A stretch of DNA of 64,000 bases from Eledone cirrhosa (taxonomy: Eukaryota), in NCBI GenBank assembly GCA_964016885.1, contig OZ024742.1, positions 63,922,001-63,986,000 of the forward strand, written 5' to 3'. How positions within the stretch are numbered: the first letter of the stretch is position 1; each line of letters begins with the position of its first letter. Below are positions 43,565-59,721 of this stretch, one piece after another. Both the position numbers and the translations under genes were made by a program. Under the pieces are notes generated by a model. The model searched no databases. It saw only the letters and a list, made by a program, of their open reading frames with translations, and was not told where the DNA came from.

Positions 43565-44200
43565 GGGCCATAGGGGCAGAGTCCTAAATCCCGTATTCCA
43601 ATGGGTTCTGTCAGAAGCAACCGTCTCCAATTGATCCGGCTAAATACCCAAGCGAAACCAACCGTCATGCTCAGGATCTGCTCCTGGGTCTTCTGCCGGT
43701 TGGTTTTGCCGTTAAAATCTGTCCAGCGACTCTTTCCTGAGACATTCTAACTGCGTGTCCGTAGTATCGGAGCTGTAGCAGAGGAAGTAGCAGCTCTACC
43801 TGGAGTGGTTTTCTGATTTCCGAGTTCTATCGAGTAACGTTACTCCAAAGACCCTTCTGAGGAATCCCATTTCGGCCGCTTATATTCGCGATCGTATTCT
43901 TTCTATCATTACCCAATATTCATGACCATAGGTAAGGGTAGGAACGAATACCGAATTGAAGATAGCGTGTTTATCTTTTACGCCTACCTCCCTTCTTCTG
44001 ATTACCGAATGCTGAAGCTGCACCAGTTCCTGCAATTCTTGCACTTAATTTAGCCCTGACATAGATGAACTTCTCCACCTGCTTCAGCGGAACTCTATTC
44101 ATGTAAAGTGCACTGCGCAACAAGTTTACTGGAGAGTAGAACATCACCCGCTCACTCCCCTTGTCTTTCTCTTCAAGTCATCGTTGGATATATTGATGAG
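43565..44200 (-). pseudogene. Degenerate RTE-like LINE fragment
   Basis: Minus-strand reading FNSVFVPTLTYGHE and EMGFLRR. Confidence 0.65.
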
Positions 44201-44659
44201 GCTGTGGAGGGATGGCCATCGTTCTTTCATCATCTTAATAGTCTCCGCTATTCTGTTCATTTTACCATAGCCACTAGTCACATCAAAGATGTCAACCTTT
44301 CCTCGCTAGCAAGCAGGATCGTATTAACCAATGGTCGGACCCCAATGCTTTTAAGTATTTCCTGCCCACTCTCGTCCTTCAATCTTTCACCCCACTGCAG
44401 CAAAAACAAAATGAAAAAATGGAAAAAGAAATTGAGGGCTCCTATTCATCCTAGTCAGCTTTGTGAATAACATGGCCCAGTTAAATGAAGATGTCGTTGA
44501 GATCTTCTCATGGCTCTCATAAAACCATTGATTTTAAACATAAGATATAGTCGACCGGCGGCCCAAGTTGTAATTTTTTTTTTCGAACCCAGAAAAATAA
44601 AAATAAAATTCTGCTTAACAGGTTCTGAACTCAGAACCTAGAAAGGCGTAACTAAATAA

Positions 44660-44870
44660 TGGTTTCTAATTCAGGCACAAGGCCGGCAATTTAGAGGGAG
44701 GGGCAATCGATTATATCAACCCCAGAATTTGACTGGTACTTTATTTTATCGACCTTGGAAGGATGAGAAGCAAAGTTAACCCCGATGGGATTTGAACTCA
44801 GAACATAAATAGCCAGAATAAATACCGCAAAGCATTTTGTCTGAGGTGTTAATGATTCTGCCAATCGACC
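44660..44870 (-). mobile_element. Diverged SINE family A
   Basis: CTGGTACTTTATTTTATCGACC...GCAAAGTTAACC...TTTGAACTCAG. Confidence 0.75.
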
Positions 44871-44891
44871 GTCCCTAAAAGAAGAAATACA

Positions 44892-44973
44892 TAGCAGGAG
44901 TTGGGTTCGAAACCACGCGACACTTATCTAGGTGAACTCAGGTCCTAAGACTTAACCACTCAGTCATCATGCT
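44892..44973 (-). pseudogene. tRNA-Leu(UAA)-like pseudogene
   Basis: AGCATGATGACTGAGTGGTTAAG...GCGTGGTTTCGAACCCAACTCCTGCTA; long variable arm; anticodon arm and stems degenerate. Confidence 0.7.
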
Positions 44974-45047
44974 CATAAAATGTAGTTAAATAGTGATTTC
45001 TTTCTTAGCCACATGGAGTTGCACATAAATGTAAGGGTTACACAATA

Positions 45048-45195
45048 GTGTCCTTGGCCTTAGGACCATCTCCCTACTCACCATCATCGGCATGGAGTTG
45101 GCTACCCGCAGGTGTGAGCCTCGCGAGCTGGAATGGCTTTTCCAACGCATCTCCCTCACCATCCTCGGGGAAACGTCTTCTCTATTCTGTCCGTC
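45048..45195 (+). pseudogene. CRE-clade (REL endonuclease) non-LTR retrotransposon C-terminal fragment
   Basis: WLFQRISLTI/RGNVFSILS across a frameshift matches the QRISxAIQRGNA motif. Confidence 0.65.
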
Positions 45196-46289
45196 AGGGC
45201 CGCGGGGCGGCCAATGCGTGGGCCCCATTTGCTTATAATAGTGTTAGGTGGGGAGAGTGAGAGAGACGGAGGCAGTGACAATGGGAATTTGATTCCATTA
45301 TGCTCAAACCTAATATATATGTCTATATTTATCTACCACATCACATATATATTACTACACAAGGTATTGTAAAATTATTATAAAACACAGTAATTAACAC
45401 AAGATATGATATAAAAGATAAAAACATTCAGAGTTACCCCCCCCCCACACACACACAGGTGAGAACCCACTAGTTAAGACAAGTCAGAACACCCTACATT
45501 CCTACTCACCCACCCACCATCAGGGGCGGTGGAACTGCCCCCCAATAATTATATTTTCTCCCCAAACTACCAAAATATATATCTATTTGTATAAGTTAAG
45601 TACATGTTATGTTTATCGCATATCGAAATGTTTTTTCTATCTTGGTTGATATTTGATAATAACGGCTAAACTAATCACTACATCTAAATTGACCAAATTT
45701 GGGCCCCTTCCAATTCGGAAATGCTTCCATTACCCCTACTTTGCATTATATACTTCCAGGGTATCACTGAAATCTTTCAAAAGCAACCTTTCGTCGACAA
45801 AAGTAGCCACATCTTCCAATACTTTCTACCATACAGTAATGACAAGACAAGCCAAAGTGGTGGCGAGGTGGACTATACGTGTTCTCTTGCTAATAAGAAT
45901 AGCTCGGTTTTCCCCGAATCACATGCTTAATGTCTTTAAAATGAAAGACGTTATCCTAGATGTTTTATAGTAGGTTTGAAAACATAGGATGGGTAGACAC
46001 GACTAGAAAGTCTTTGGTGATAAGTTTCTTGAGTTATGACAGACCTGAGGGTTAAACAACATCACAACAGAAACGTGTATTTTTTCAAGTTATCAGTCTC
46101 ATACTAACGAATGATTTGATCACACACATACAGGTAAACATTACGCGTGTGCGCGCGCGGACACGCATGCAATTAGACAAATACACGCACACAGCCTCAC
46201 TCACAGTTTTGTAGACACAGACACACACAGTCTGTTAAACATAACTTTATATACAGACATACATACAACTTTACACACGCACAGAGAGA

Positions 46290-46332
<43 letters not shown>

Positions 46333-46982
46333 AGAGAGAGAGAGAAAAACTCAGCTTGATACATTTGTATGACTTCACACAGACTTATATACAGCTTTAC
46401 ACATACAGCTTTAAACACAGCTTTACACATACACACACAAGCCGCATACAATACCTCTCACAAACAGACACAGCTCCACACATACACACAAAAACTTACC
46501 TCATACACCACAAAGACGCAGTGTCACCCCATACAAGCACAATCACACACACAGCCACGCAAACATAGCATCACATATCACATAGACAAAGCTTCCATAC
46601 CACAAACACACGCACAAACACAATCTCACACCACCAGCACAACCATTCATATTGTATCTTAACACAGACACATTTATACAGTCGATCACATAACCAACCG
46701 TAAACTCATATATATACACACACATATTTAACCACATAGTCAGCCAGAGACACACTCACATACAGTCATGTAGTTAGCCATACACATATACAGATAGTCA
46801 GAAACACGTACTCATACACGTTCATACACCCACAAGCACACAATCAACCATACACATAAGAAGACTACCACAAACACACTGACTATACAGCGTTATATAG
46901 CCAGTCACACATACACAAACACACAGCCACAAGCACGCAAGCATACATTCACCCACAAGCACACACCCACATCCACATGCGT

Positions 46983-47013
<31 letters not shown>

Positions 47014-47249
47014 GAAGCAGCTACATAGTCAGCCACGCATTACATTGTCAGCCACACACAGAGCAAGCCTCATGTAGCTACGCACAGTTATATAGTCAGC
47101 CACATACAACTAAAAGCAGTCCACCACACACATACACACACACACACACTGATGCATACATATATAGATATACACACCGCTAGATCGTATCGGGAGTGAA
47201 GTTGTAATCTTGTCTTTCCTTTTGTTAAGTTGTGTTCGGTGCTGTGAGG

Positions 47250-47310
47250 ATGTTTCATCTTTTCACTATAGCTGCAATCTTATCTTTCTTCATAGCTGCT
47301 ATTCAGACAG
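47250..47310 (+). CDS. Candidate signal-peptide exon (MFHLFTIAAILSFFIAAIQT), phase-1 donor
   Basis: Polypyrimidine plus AG at 47228-29, ATG 47250, CAG|GTAAC donor; no homology recognised. Confidence 0.35.
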
Positions 47311-47940
47311 GTAACACCACTTTCTTTATATATACACAGACATATATTTATATATTCATATATTTATATATTTTTCATAACACATGCACTCACAGGACAT
47401 ATTTATCTCGCACTGGTTTCATTGAGATATTTTAAGTATAAATATAGTATTGTTAATCGTTGATACTGATTTTGTTATTGTAGTTGTTACTGTTGTTAGT
47501 GTTTATATTTCAAAAAGAAATCAATATTATTACTATCGTTACATATACATAATACATATATCATACTGGAGTCATTGAGATTTTAAAAAGTAAATATGGT
47601 ATTGTTAGTTGTTAATATTGATGTTGTTATTGTAGTTGTTTCTGTTTCTGTTTCAAATGTTAACATGCAACTATTATTGCTAATGTGTAATGTGATATCG
47701 CTGTTATAGTTATTGTTATTATTATCATTAACAGTTGCCCTTGTGGCAAATATAAAATCTTTATTGCTATTTCATTATCACTGCATTATTTTTAGCATCA
47801 TCCTATTATTAGTATGTGTGTGTGTATGTATGTATGTATGTATGTATGTATGTATGTATGTATGTATGTATGTATGTATGTATGTATGTATGTGCATATG
47901 CGGTATATGTCGTGCATGTATATGCGGTATGCGGTATATG

Positions 47941-48010
<70 letters not shown>

Positions 48011-48209
48011 TGCTTTATATGCTGCATTGTATTTTATACACCGGTAACAATATATTACCGGTATGTGTGTGTGTCTGTGTGTGTGTATACACACACACAC
48101 ATACACATACATGCATACAAACATGTTATACATTATAATGTATTGTGATATTTGAGTGTGTGGTGCCACTGTGACAGAAACTACGCTTTCTTTGCCATTA
48201 CATATTTAG

Positions 48210-48351
48210 AATCACCAGATACCAAATCTAACGGTCGTTACGACCCGTTCTCCATGTTACGAGTTCAAATCACGCCGGCAGCTTTCGGCATTGTCTTGCA
48301 ATCACCCGAGGAAAAGGGAAACGGTATTGTCTGTTTGGTTTTTAGTTCCAG
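48210..48351 (+). CDS. Candidate second exon
   Basis: TTTAG acceptor, CAG|GTGAGT donor, open in the frame set by the 47250-47310 exon. Confidence 0.3.
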
Positions 48352-48501
48352 GTGAGTATTGTTTCCAGCAGACGGTGTTCCGGTCACGATCTTAGACTCA
48401 GACACAACGTATCTAAGACTTCCTTATCGAATACCTTTCCTCGTTTTTTGAGACTGTAGTGGAATATTTATCACAGGTAGAAGCTCCCTTCGTTGGCTGG
48501 T

Positions 48502-48544
<43 letters not shown>

Positions 48545-49318
48545 TGTTGTTGTTTATACTGTACTTACACCCCTCCCCCGGATCCAGCAGACTTTTGATC
48601 AAATACGTTCCAGTCGTGATCATCCAGTCTTATTGTGTATAATACATTCAGTATTACATTAGTCTTTCCTTATATTTAAGAGAGTATGCTGGAGATTTGA
48701 CTGATATTTTTAGCAGGTCCAGTGACCATCCAGGTATAGATTCTCATCGTTGGCTTAAGTAAAGTACCAGTAATATAATGGGGGGTGGATCCTGTTAATT
48801 AGAACCTTGCTCTACATTTTACATGTATATATATATTGTTCTTGAGTGCAGAAGTAAGGGTTCGTCGTTGTTGTAAAAGGTGGGTGATTGTGTGGTTTCT
48901 CTTTACAGCCTGACAGAACAGAGAGATGGAGAAAGAAAGAGAGGGGGAGGGAGAGAGAAGACATATATGCCTTTGTGTTGAGGACAACGGGGTTATTGAG
49001 GGTGCCCTGTAAATGCCCTGAATGTGGATGCCGCCCATTTGACTTACCACCCAGTACAAACGTTTTGTTGAGTTTTATAGCTTGTAATTGTAACGTCTTT
49101 GCTTCGGTACTCTTGCACCTGTGAATGCGTGAGGCCTAATGATTATGGATGTTCGGCTGACGATCGTTAGGTCGTGAGTTCTATTCAGCTGCGTTAAGTG
49201 TACCTATATTTGTGGAATGCTCGGTCACTTGCGCGTTAATTTCATGATCAAACAACTGGAACACTCGTCGGTGGAACCGGCGGAGCTCCAATACGCTTTT
49301 GCACACACCTTCGTACCA

Positions 49319-50195
49319 TTGGCAGTATCGGTAGAGGGTCGGACGCCATGCTTTGACGCATAGAGTTACGGCCCTTTATGATCTGAGTTCAAATCCCGCC
49401 GAGGTTAACTTTGCCTTTCATTCTTACGGGGTCGATAAAATAAAGTACCAGTCACGAACTGGGGATCGATTTAATCGACTTTCTCCTCTCCCAAAATTGC
49501 TGGCTTTAAACCATTATTAGTAACGATTATAAGGGAAAATCTTAAGTGGCAAAATTGTTAGAGTGCCGGACAAAATACTTTGCAATATTTACTTACAGCC
49601 CTTTACATCGCAATTTCAAATCCCGTCGGGGTCAACTTTGCCTTTCATTCTTTCGGGATCGATAAATAAAATACTCACTGAGTGCTGAAACCGATATGAT
49701 CGACTTACACATGCCCTACATTGCTGGCCCTATACCTTAATTAAATACTAATATTTGTAGCGATCTGCGAGTTTAGCACTCCACTTCACTCCCATCAGTC
49801 AATCTGTAGCTATCACAAAAGCGAAACTGGGCAACTAAAATCAATGAGCGCCCTGTTAGGATCAGCCTGCTCGTGAAATTAACCTATACTCTTAACGAAG
49901 TTCACGAAGATTTAGCATGACTCAACTACAACTCATTTTTGCCAGATGCGTGAACTGGAGGTGAAGCAACAGGAAATAAAGTTTTGCTCTAGGATACAAT
50001 GTACCACCGGGAATCGAGTTCACGACCTTATGACCATGAACCAAATACTCTAACCACTAAGCCTCGCTCCACATATTTTCTATTATATTGATTTCTAATT
50101 TAGGCACAAGGCCAGCAAATTTTGAGGAAGAGCAAAGTTGATTAAATTAACCCAGTACTTAACTGTTACTTTATTTTATCGACCCCGGAAGGATA
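49319..50195. mobile_element. Cluster of SINE A (+, +, -) and SINE B (-) copies
   Basis: Family motifs at 49319, ~49550, ~49860-50065, ~50095-50195. Confidence 0.75.
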
Positions 50196-51084
50196 AATAC
50201 GTAGTATGTGAGCTTTTCTTAGTACTGCATTTTTTTTCTGTATGTTACATTAAAATCGTTAGAGTATCGAATATTTGTTTCAGTTCTCTGAGCTCCGAGT
50301 TCAAATCCCACCGAAGTCCTTTTTGACATTGATCATTTCAGGGTGCTCTCTCTCCTTCCAGTTGTCACCTCCTGAATGGATCAAGGGAATGGGTGTAACG
50401 AGGATGTCTGTATCTGTCTGTAACTGCATGGGTACCTGAACCCCTTAACGAACGCATGGTATATACTACCAAGGTATACTCAATTACAAATGACGCCCGA
50501 TTTTTTTTACCTACGTGTTCTGGCATTTTGGTTGTATTTGTCAGTATCTTTATTAATCATTCTCAAGTATTACTACTATTGATGATGATGATGATTATGG
50601 GTTCACCGTTGGGTTCGACGATGAGCATTTAGTTGTTTGATCAACTGAATGTCTACCTCGTGAATTAACGTGTACCCTCAACATAATTCCCAAATCCGAA
50701 TCAACGAAACACACATAATAAGTGATAAGGCTGGACCTTCGAATTACAGGCACAATTCATCTGACGGGCTTCCACACAGTTTATGTCTATTTAATTTCAC
50801 TCACAATGCTTGATTCAATCTAAGGTTATGGTAATGATGCCCCGAGCTGGGATCGAAGCCGGGACCTCATGATTGTAAAGCAAACTTCTTAACCATTCAG
50901 CCATGACTGCATTATTATTACATGCGCAATAGTTTCTACTACCAGACCAGGTACACTGCCATGTCACAGAGGTATGTACTACATTGTCTTCTGGGGATAG
51001 GGTTAGAATTGTGGATGTATGTTAACCCTTAACCTCCTGTATGCATTGAATCATATTCTTAAAAAATAAAAAATAAAAGAAACA

Positions 51085-51680
51085 TAATTATGACTGGCTG
51101 CGTTACATTAAAAATTAAAGTCTTTAGTTTACTGCAAATTTTCTCAACGATCTGTTTATTGGTAAAATTAAGAAACCACATAAACCCACATTTGCAAGAT
51201 AATGATGAAACGTACAAAATAATTATATGATTGCATCACATTAATAATTAAAGATTTTACTTCAGTTTACTGCAAATTTTCACAATGATTTGTCCAGTAA
51301 TAAAGATACTATAAACATTTGAATTAACAAACCACATGAAACCACATTTGCAAGATATTCTTGAATAAAAAAGCACTCTCGCTGAATCACATTAATTAAT
51401 AAAGTATTTACTTTAGTTTACGACACATTTTCACAATGATCTGCCCACTAGTAAAGATACTGTAAACAACAAACCACATGAAACCACATTAACAAGATAT
51501 TCTTGAAAAGTACAAAACAGTACTATGACTGAATTCCATTAAAAATTAAAGTCTTAATTTTAAAACTGCAAATTTTCACAGCGATTTGTTCTCTGGTAAA
51601 AATACTATGAACTTTTGAATTAACAAACCAGATGAAACTACATAAGCAAGACATTCTTTAAAAGTTCAAAACAGCACTCA
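51085..51680. repeat. Degenerate ~145-bp tandem repeat x4, followed by 10-bp CAGCACTCAA repeats
   Basis: Recurring TTTACTGCAAATTTTCACAATGAT...AAACCACATGAAACCACATTTGCAAGAT. Confidence 0.8.
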
Positions 51681-52237
51681 AATACAGCACTCAAAACAGC
51701 ACTCAAAACAGCACTCAAATACTGGATCGATATAATCGACTGTTCACACGTCACAAAATTTCTCTCAGAAACTATTATGTGTGATTTTCTATCAATGTAA
51801 AACAGGTGGAGCGACTGATAAAATATGTATTGCCGCCTTACACTCTGAAATGTAATGTCTCCTTAAATTCTGAGTTCAAATCCTGCCTATATCACGCATC
51901 GGGATATTGATAAAACCCATTTTGGATTTAAATTTGTCTGGCAAGTGAGATGAAATTGAAATAATTACATCATGGAAGAGTCATTTTAGCGACATTTGTA
52001 CCTGTTTAATAAGTGACTTGATCTAAGATTGTATCTTCAATCTAAAACGATTACATGTTTGATAAGTGACTTTATCTGAGACGGTGTGTTGAAACTGAAG
52101 CATCGTGAAAGAGTCTTTTTAGCCATTAACAAAACGCAAGTTGTTCAATTCAATGAACATTTATCATTTATTATCAAGAAATGTATGTAAAGTGAATTTA
52201 ACAGTTTGTGTGTGTTCAAATGGTTGAAATGAATATT

Positions 52238-52286
<49 letters not shown>

Positions 52287-52399
52287 ATATATATATATAC
52301 ATATATATTCTTTTGTTATTTTACCTCTTCCAGCCACTCGGCTGAGGCCATGCTGGGGCACCACTCTTGTTGCTTCACTTTCTATTGCTAGCCTGCGTT

Positions 52400-52930
52400 G
52401 GCTGGCCATTGATTTAGGAGGGTGTTCGTTGCTGCTGAAGTTAGGTTACCTTCATTCCATGCTGTGGGGTCATCTGAGATCCTGGATAGCAGAGTGTCAA
52501 TATATTTCTTGAAAACATCCATGTCCACACCATGCAGATCTCAATTTTCTTGACATATTATTAAAGAGTTGAGGGGCTGCTTACTCTAGATGTGAAACAC
52601 CTGACCTTTGGCACAATACTCTGATTTGCTGTTGGAGGGTTGGTCCAGCTCTCAATGCCAAAGTTTGGTGCTAGTCCCTCCAGGATCTTCCATATGTACG
52701 TGTATTACTGCGTACATCTCTCGCCTACGTCCCAAGAAGGAGAGTTTCAGTTCTTTTAGCCTCTCCCAGTAGCTTATCTCCTTCATCGTGGCAATCCTCT
52801 TTGTGTAGCTTCGTTGGATTGCTTCAAGCTCCGTGGTTAGTTTGACACTGTGAGGTGACCACAGTCCAGTCAGCTTAGGACAAATGTCCTCCATAGTACC
52901 AACATTGTTTCTCGGTCTCTTGTCTTCAAG
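52400..52930 (-). pseudogene. CR1/L2-like LINE 3' fragment
   Basis: WSPH...ELEAIQRSYTKRI...SYWERLKELKLSFLGRRR. Confidence 0.75.
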
Positions 52931-53355
52931 ATCCAGACAGTGAGTCGTCTGCACATTGTCGCTATTTTCATATATATATATATGAAAAATATGAAAACAT
53001 AGCGTGCTGCGTGGTTGCAAATGGGTTACATATGAATAAAATTAGTCCTTCATCAGTGATCTTCCAGCCTTCATTGGTATTTCATCGCTTTAAAGACCAT
53101 ATACCTCTGGTTGGTGCGAGCAACGGCTAAAGAAAGTCGTTGGGACACGTAAATAGGGGGAACGAGCGAGACAGTAAACAAAGAAAGATGGTAATGCAAC
53201 GAAAAGTGAGGAAGAAGAAGTCAAGTCCCTGAAATCGATGACCATAAGTTCTGTGAAATCGTGGACGAGAGAGAATAAAGACCATCAAACCTGGTCGAAA
53301 TGTGAATAAGGAAATATATGTATATATATTTATATATATGTATAAAAATATATTT

Positions 53356-53597
53356 ATCACCTTGACCGACCAGTCTGTCGGGCGCCATTCGGCACGTCGT
53401 GCTGTTTTAGCCATAAGATAACGCCATCCCATTGGCTGGGCGGGCAGGCTGGTACTCATTTCTACAGCTGAGTAAACTGGAGCAACGTGAAATAAAGTGT
53501 CTTGCTGAAGGAAAAAACACGTCACCCGGTCCGAGAATTGAACTCACAACCTTTCGATTGCAAGCCTAATGCTCTAACCACTATGCCATGCGCCTTC
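53356..53597 (-). mobile_element. SINE family B with a third tail type (tail alone at 39250-39357)
   Basis: tRNA head, CORE-like TTCAGCAAGACACTTTATTTCACGTTGCTCC, then CCTGCCCGCCCAGCC...GGTCGGTCAAGGTGAT. Confidence 0.75.
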
Positions 53598-53654
53598 AGG
53601 TGTATATATATATGTATATGTATATATATGTATATGTATATCTATGTATATATG

Positions 53655-53729
<75 letters not shown>

Positions 53730-53958
53730 ATATATATATATATATATATGTATATGTATATATGTATATATAAATGTATATGTATATATATGTATATACA
53801 TGTATATATAAATGTATATGTATATATATATATATGTATAAATGTATATATATATATATACATGTATATATATATAGGTATATATATATGTATATATATA
53901 TATATATAGGTATATATATATGTGTATATATATATGTGTATATATATATATGTATATA

Positions 53959-54003
<45 letters not shown>

Positions 54004-54269
54004 ATATATAGAAAGGATTAAAAGAACGATTGATTATTCCTTCATTGCATTTATTGATAGGTGACGCGCGTTTCGCCACTGATCAGCTCAAGGTTCGATC
54101 TATATCGATCCTACCCGACTCAACAATCGGCAGCTCGACGGACCCTCTTAAAATGCTATAAGAAAATCACATCATCACAGAAGTGAACCTAAACATCGAA
54201 TGCTCACCCAGGTGAACCTGCAGTAACTCCTAGTTACACCCACTGGATATATGTGTATATATATATATG

Positions 54270-54323
<54 letters not shown>

Positions 54324-54526
54324 TGTATATATGTATGTATGTATGTATATATATATGTATATATGTATGTATGTATGTATGTATATATATATGTATGTAT
54401 ATATATATGTATGTATATGTATGTGTGTATGTATGTATGTATATATGTATGTATGTATGTATATATGTATGTATGTGTATATGTATGTATGTGTATATGT
54501 ATGTATATGTATATGTATATATATAT

Positions 54527-54792
54527 GCTGCTTTGTGCAGTGCCTTTGCTCACTATAAAAGCTTCACAGCACAGGCATTGCTTTATATCTGGAGATCTCT
54601 CTGCACTGGTCGTCACATGGTACCATGGGCCCAGCACTATGTGTCAATAATTGTCACAAGTGTAGTGTTTGTACCAGAGTTTTCAAGTCGCTGGCTGGAC
54701 TAAAAAGTCACATTCGTTCAGCGCATTGGTAGGGGTTCTCCTACATGGATATAAAGTAGTGGCCGTACTCGAAAACGAGTTGGCAGCCACCA

Positions 54793-54793
<1 letters not shown>
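54527..54793 (+). mobile_element. LINE 3' end with C2H2 finger
   Basis: [22 protein letters not shown] then short UTR into TA repeats. Confidence 0.6.
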
Positions 54794-56673
<1,880 letters not shown>

Positions 56674-56737
56674 AAAAAGATAACTAAAAACATGGTATAT
56701 ATAGGTATGGTATATATATATATATATATGTATATAT

Positions 56738-56950
56738 TTGTATTATACTTTGGGAGGGTCATGTTGCCAATAAAAACACACGCACCTGTTGGTATTCACT
56801 TCAATATATTATAAGTTTCCAGTTGGTTGGTTCGATAACCGGGAGGTTATTTATATATTGTCAAAGCTCTTTCGTCATACATTCTGTGACCTCCTCAGTG
56901 ACTAGGATTTTATTTTGTGTGTCTCTCCTTTGTTCTGTCCTACACCATCA
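56738..56950 (-). mobile_element. Diverged pLTR fragment of the 11982-13820 PLE family; hammerhead ~56860-56902 (CUGAGGA)
   Basis: Matches 11982-12230. Confidence 0.8.
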
Positions 56951-56959
56951 TTTTTTATA

Positions 56960-57017
<58 letters not shown>

Positions 57018-57057
57018 TATATATAGAAGTGGTTACACAACAGTTAGTTCACCATAC

Positions 57058-57095
57058 CGAGAACAATTGTTTCACCTTAGCGGAACCTCAGCTCG
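57058..57095 (-). ncRNA. Degenerate minimal hammerhead in an ~85-bp island between (TA)n tracts
   Basis: CGAG CUGAGGU UCC gcuaa GG U GAA ACAAUUGU U CUCG. Confidence 0.55.
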
Positions 57096-57105
57096 TAATC
57101 GAAAA

Positions 57106-57155
<50 letters not shown>

Positions 57156-57520
57156 TATGGATTTTTCGTATTACCTCATTAATTTTTTCTTATGTTTAGT
57201 TTGGAACCTAAATCGATGTCCGTATTAACATTCTGAAGCCTTCACGCCTCCACTTTCAGAATCAAAATGCACATGCAAGTGGACTATTGGTCATGTAATT
57301 CTCTACAGAGTTCCACACAAAACGAAAGGAACATATATATGTAAGCTCTACTAATATCAGAATAGAAGCTAAAAGTTAACACACAGAGATGCAACATACA
57401 TAGAACCAATTATAATAGGAACTGCCATGCTTCAGCGATTGAGAAATTAAAATCAGGCCTCCATAATTTCCTTCTACTCCATGGTCCTTTACGATATATT
57501 ACTATATGGTGTGTGGTATA

Positions 57521-57708
57521 TAATTGTTTCTATTTTTAAGCACAAGGCCAGCAATTACCCAGTGCATTAGTGGTATTTTGTTTTATCGACCCCGTAAGGA
57601 TGAAAGGCAAAGTTAACCTCGGCGGTATTTGAACTCAGAATGGCAAGGGTGGTAACTCTATGCATCAAAGCATGGCGTCCGACCCTCTACCGATACTGCC
57701 AATCCACC
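57521..57708 (-). mobile_element. SINE family A
   Basis: Reverse complement of the family motifs. Confidence 0.85.
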
Positions 57709-57787
57709 GCCATTGTGTGGTATATAATACATTCTAATTAGTCACATAGACACATATATATGCATGTATATATACATGCATATATGT

Positions 57788-57823
57788 AATATATATAATA
57801 TATATATATAATATATATATATA

Positions 57824-57902
<79 letters not shown>

Positions 57903-57909
57903 TATATAT

Positions 57910-57963
<54 letters not shown>

Positions 57964-58006
57964 ATATATATATATATATATAATAATATATATATATATA
58001 TAATAT

Positions 58007-58086
<80 letters not shown>

Positions 58087-58090
58087 ATAT

Positions 58091-58176
<86 letters not shown>

Positions 58177-58199
58177 ATATATATATATATAATATATAT

Positions 58200-58231
<32 letters not shown>

Positions 58232-58233
58232 AT

Positions 58234-58265
<32 letters not shown>

Positions 58266-58276
58266 ATATATATATA

Positions 58277-58345
<69 letters not shown>

Positions 58346-58346
58346 T

Positions 58347-58392
<46 letters not shown>
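57788..58392. repeat. (TA)n with periodic extra A
   Basis: Direct reading. Confidence 0.95.
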
Positions 58393-58398
<6 letters not shown>

Positions 58399-58609
58399 TA
58401 AATCTACCACTCAATGGTAGGGTCTAATATATATATAATCTGTGTGTGTTTGTGAAGTGCTTTGTAGTTTGTCAATAAAAGGGGAAGAGAATCATCAATA
58501 CTTAGTGAAGGTGGTGTGATATATTGTAGTCAGCCGATGTCAGTGACGTAAAGTGTGTGGGGCTGAGAAACGAATCCGGTTTAACTACATCCGTATATAT
58601 ATACATATA

Positions 58610-58695
<86 letters not shown>

Positions 58696-58741
58696 TATAT
58701 GTATATATATATATATATATAGATAGATAGATAGATAGATA

Positions 58742-59664
58742 CTAGCAGCAGTACCCAGCGTTGCCTGGGTATGTAAAATAATATCTGCTTCGATGAAAAG
58801 GTGTTGATCTTAGCGACTGCTTCTCGATGACTCATCTATGGCCACACACAGGTCATGCGGGGGAGGGTGGTGATGACCTCTATCACTGAGCATCGCGGGT
58901 GACTGACGTCAGTGGTGACTGACGTCAGTGGCCATCGTTTTGCTTTTGACCATCTATAAGATGTGCAATGATAGTTTCTATCGTAGTATAAAAGTTGAAC
59001 CATATAAATTGATTTATATGTGAGGTGGAGCCGAAGTTTCGAATTTGAAAGAAATCGGTTGAAAAATGTGGGAGATAGAGCCGAAAAGGTGGAAATTTGA
59101 GCGAAAAGGTGGTATTTTCGAATATTTAAGCGGCTGCCACACCGTTCCTGAACAACAAATGCAAAATGTAAAGCCACTTTAAGACGTGAAATAATCAGAT
59201 CTAGCGTGGTGTAAAATTTGAACAAAGTAGATTGATTAATGTGGGAGCTAGAGCCGAAATAGTGGAAATTTGAGTCTAAAAGTGGTATTTTTGAATATTT
59301 AAGCGGCTGCCACGCCGTCCCTGAACAACAAATGCAAAATATAAAGCCATTACAGGATGTGCAATGATAAATTCTATTTTGCTTTAAAATTTGAACGAAA
59401 TCGGTGGCAAAATGTGGGAGCTAGAGCCAAAAATCTTATTTTTCGATACCTAAAAAAAGGTAATCCCCCCCCCCCCCCCAATCGATTTTTATCTGCAGAA
59501 TGAGCCCGGAATAAAAAAAAAAAAACGATACGCTGATATGTGGAAAACACTCCCCGATGAGTAATCTATGAGCCTGTAAAGTTTCATGAAAATCGGTCGT
59601 AAGATGTAGGCCCCTATAGGTAATATACAGACACACACACACATACTTAATTTTATATATATAC

Positions 59665-59667
<3 letters not shown>
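58742..59667 (-). mobile_element. Non-autonomous Helitron with internal ~180-bp tandem repeats
   Basis: A|TC 5' end; 3' hairpin ACCCAGGCAACGCTGGGT plus CTAG|T, like 26150. Confidence 0.85.

Positions 59668-59721
<54 letters not shown>

Noticed and set aside
45196-45240. GC-box, CCAAT and TATA-like promoter
   Set aside because: Lies at the 3' end of a CRE-like retrotransposon fragment; no supported downstream gene.
49048-49118. Minus-strand exon with good donor and acceptor
   Set aside because: Two open frames, no recognisable domain and no convincing partner exons.
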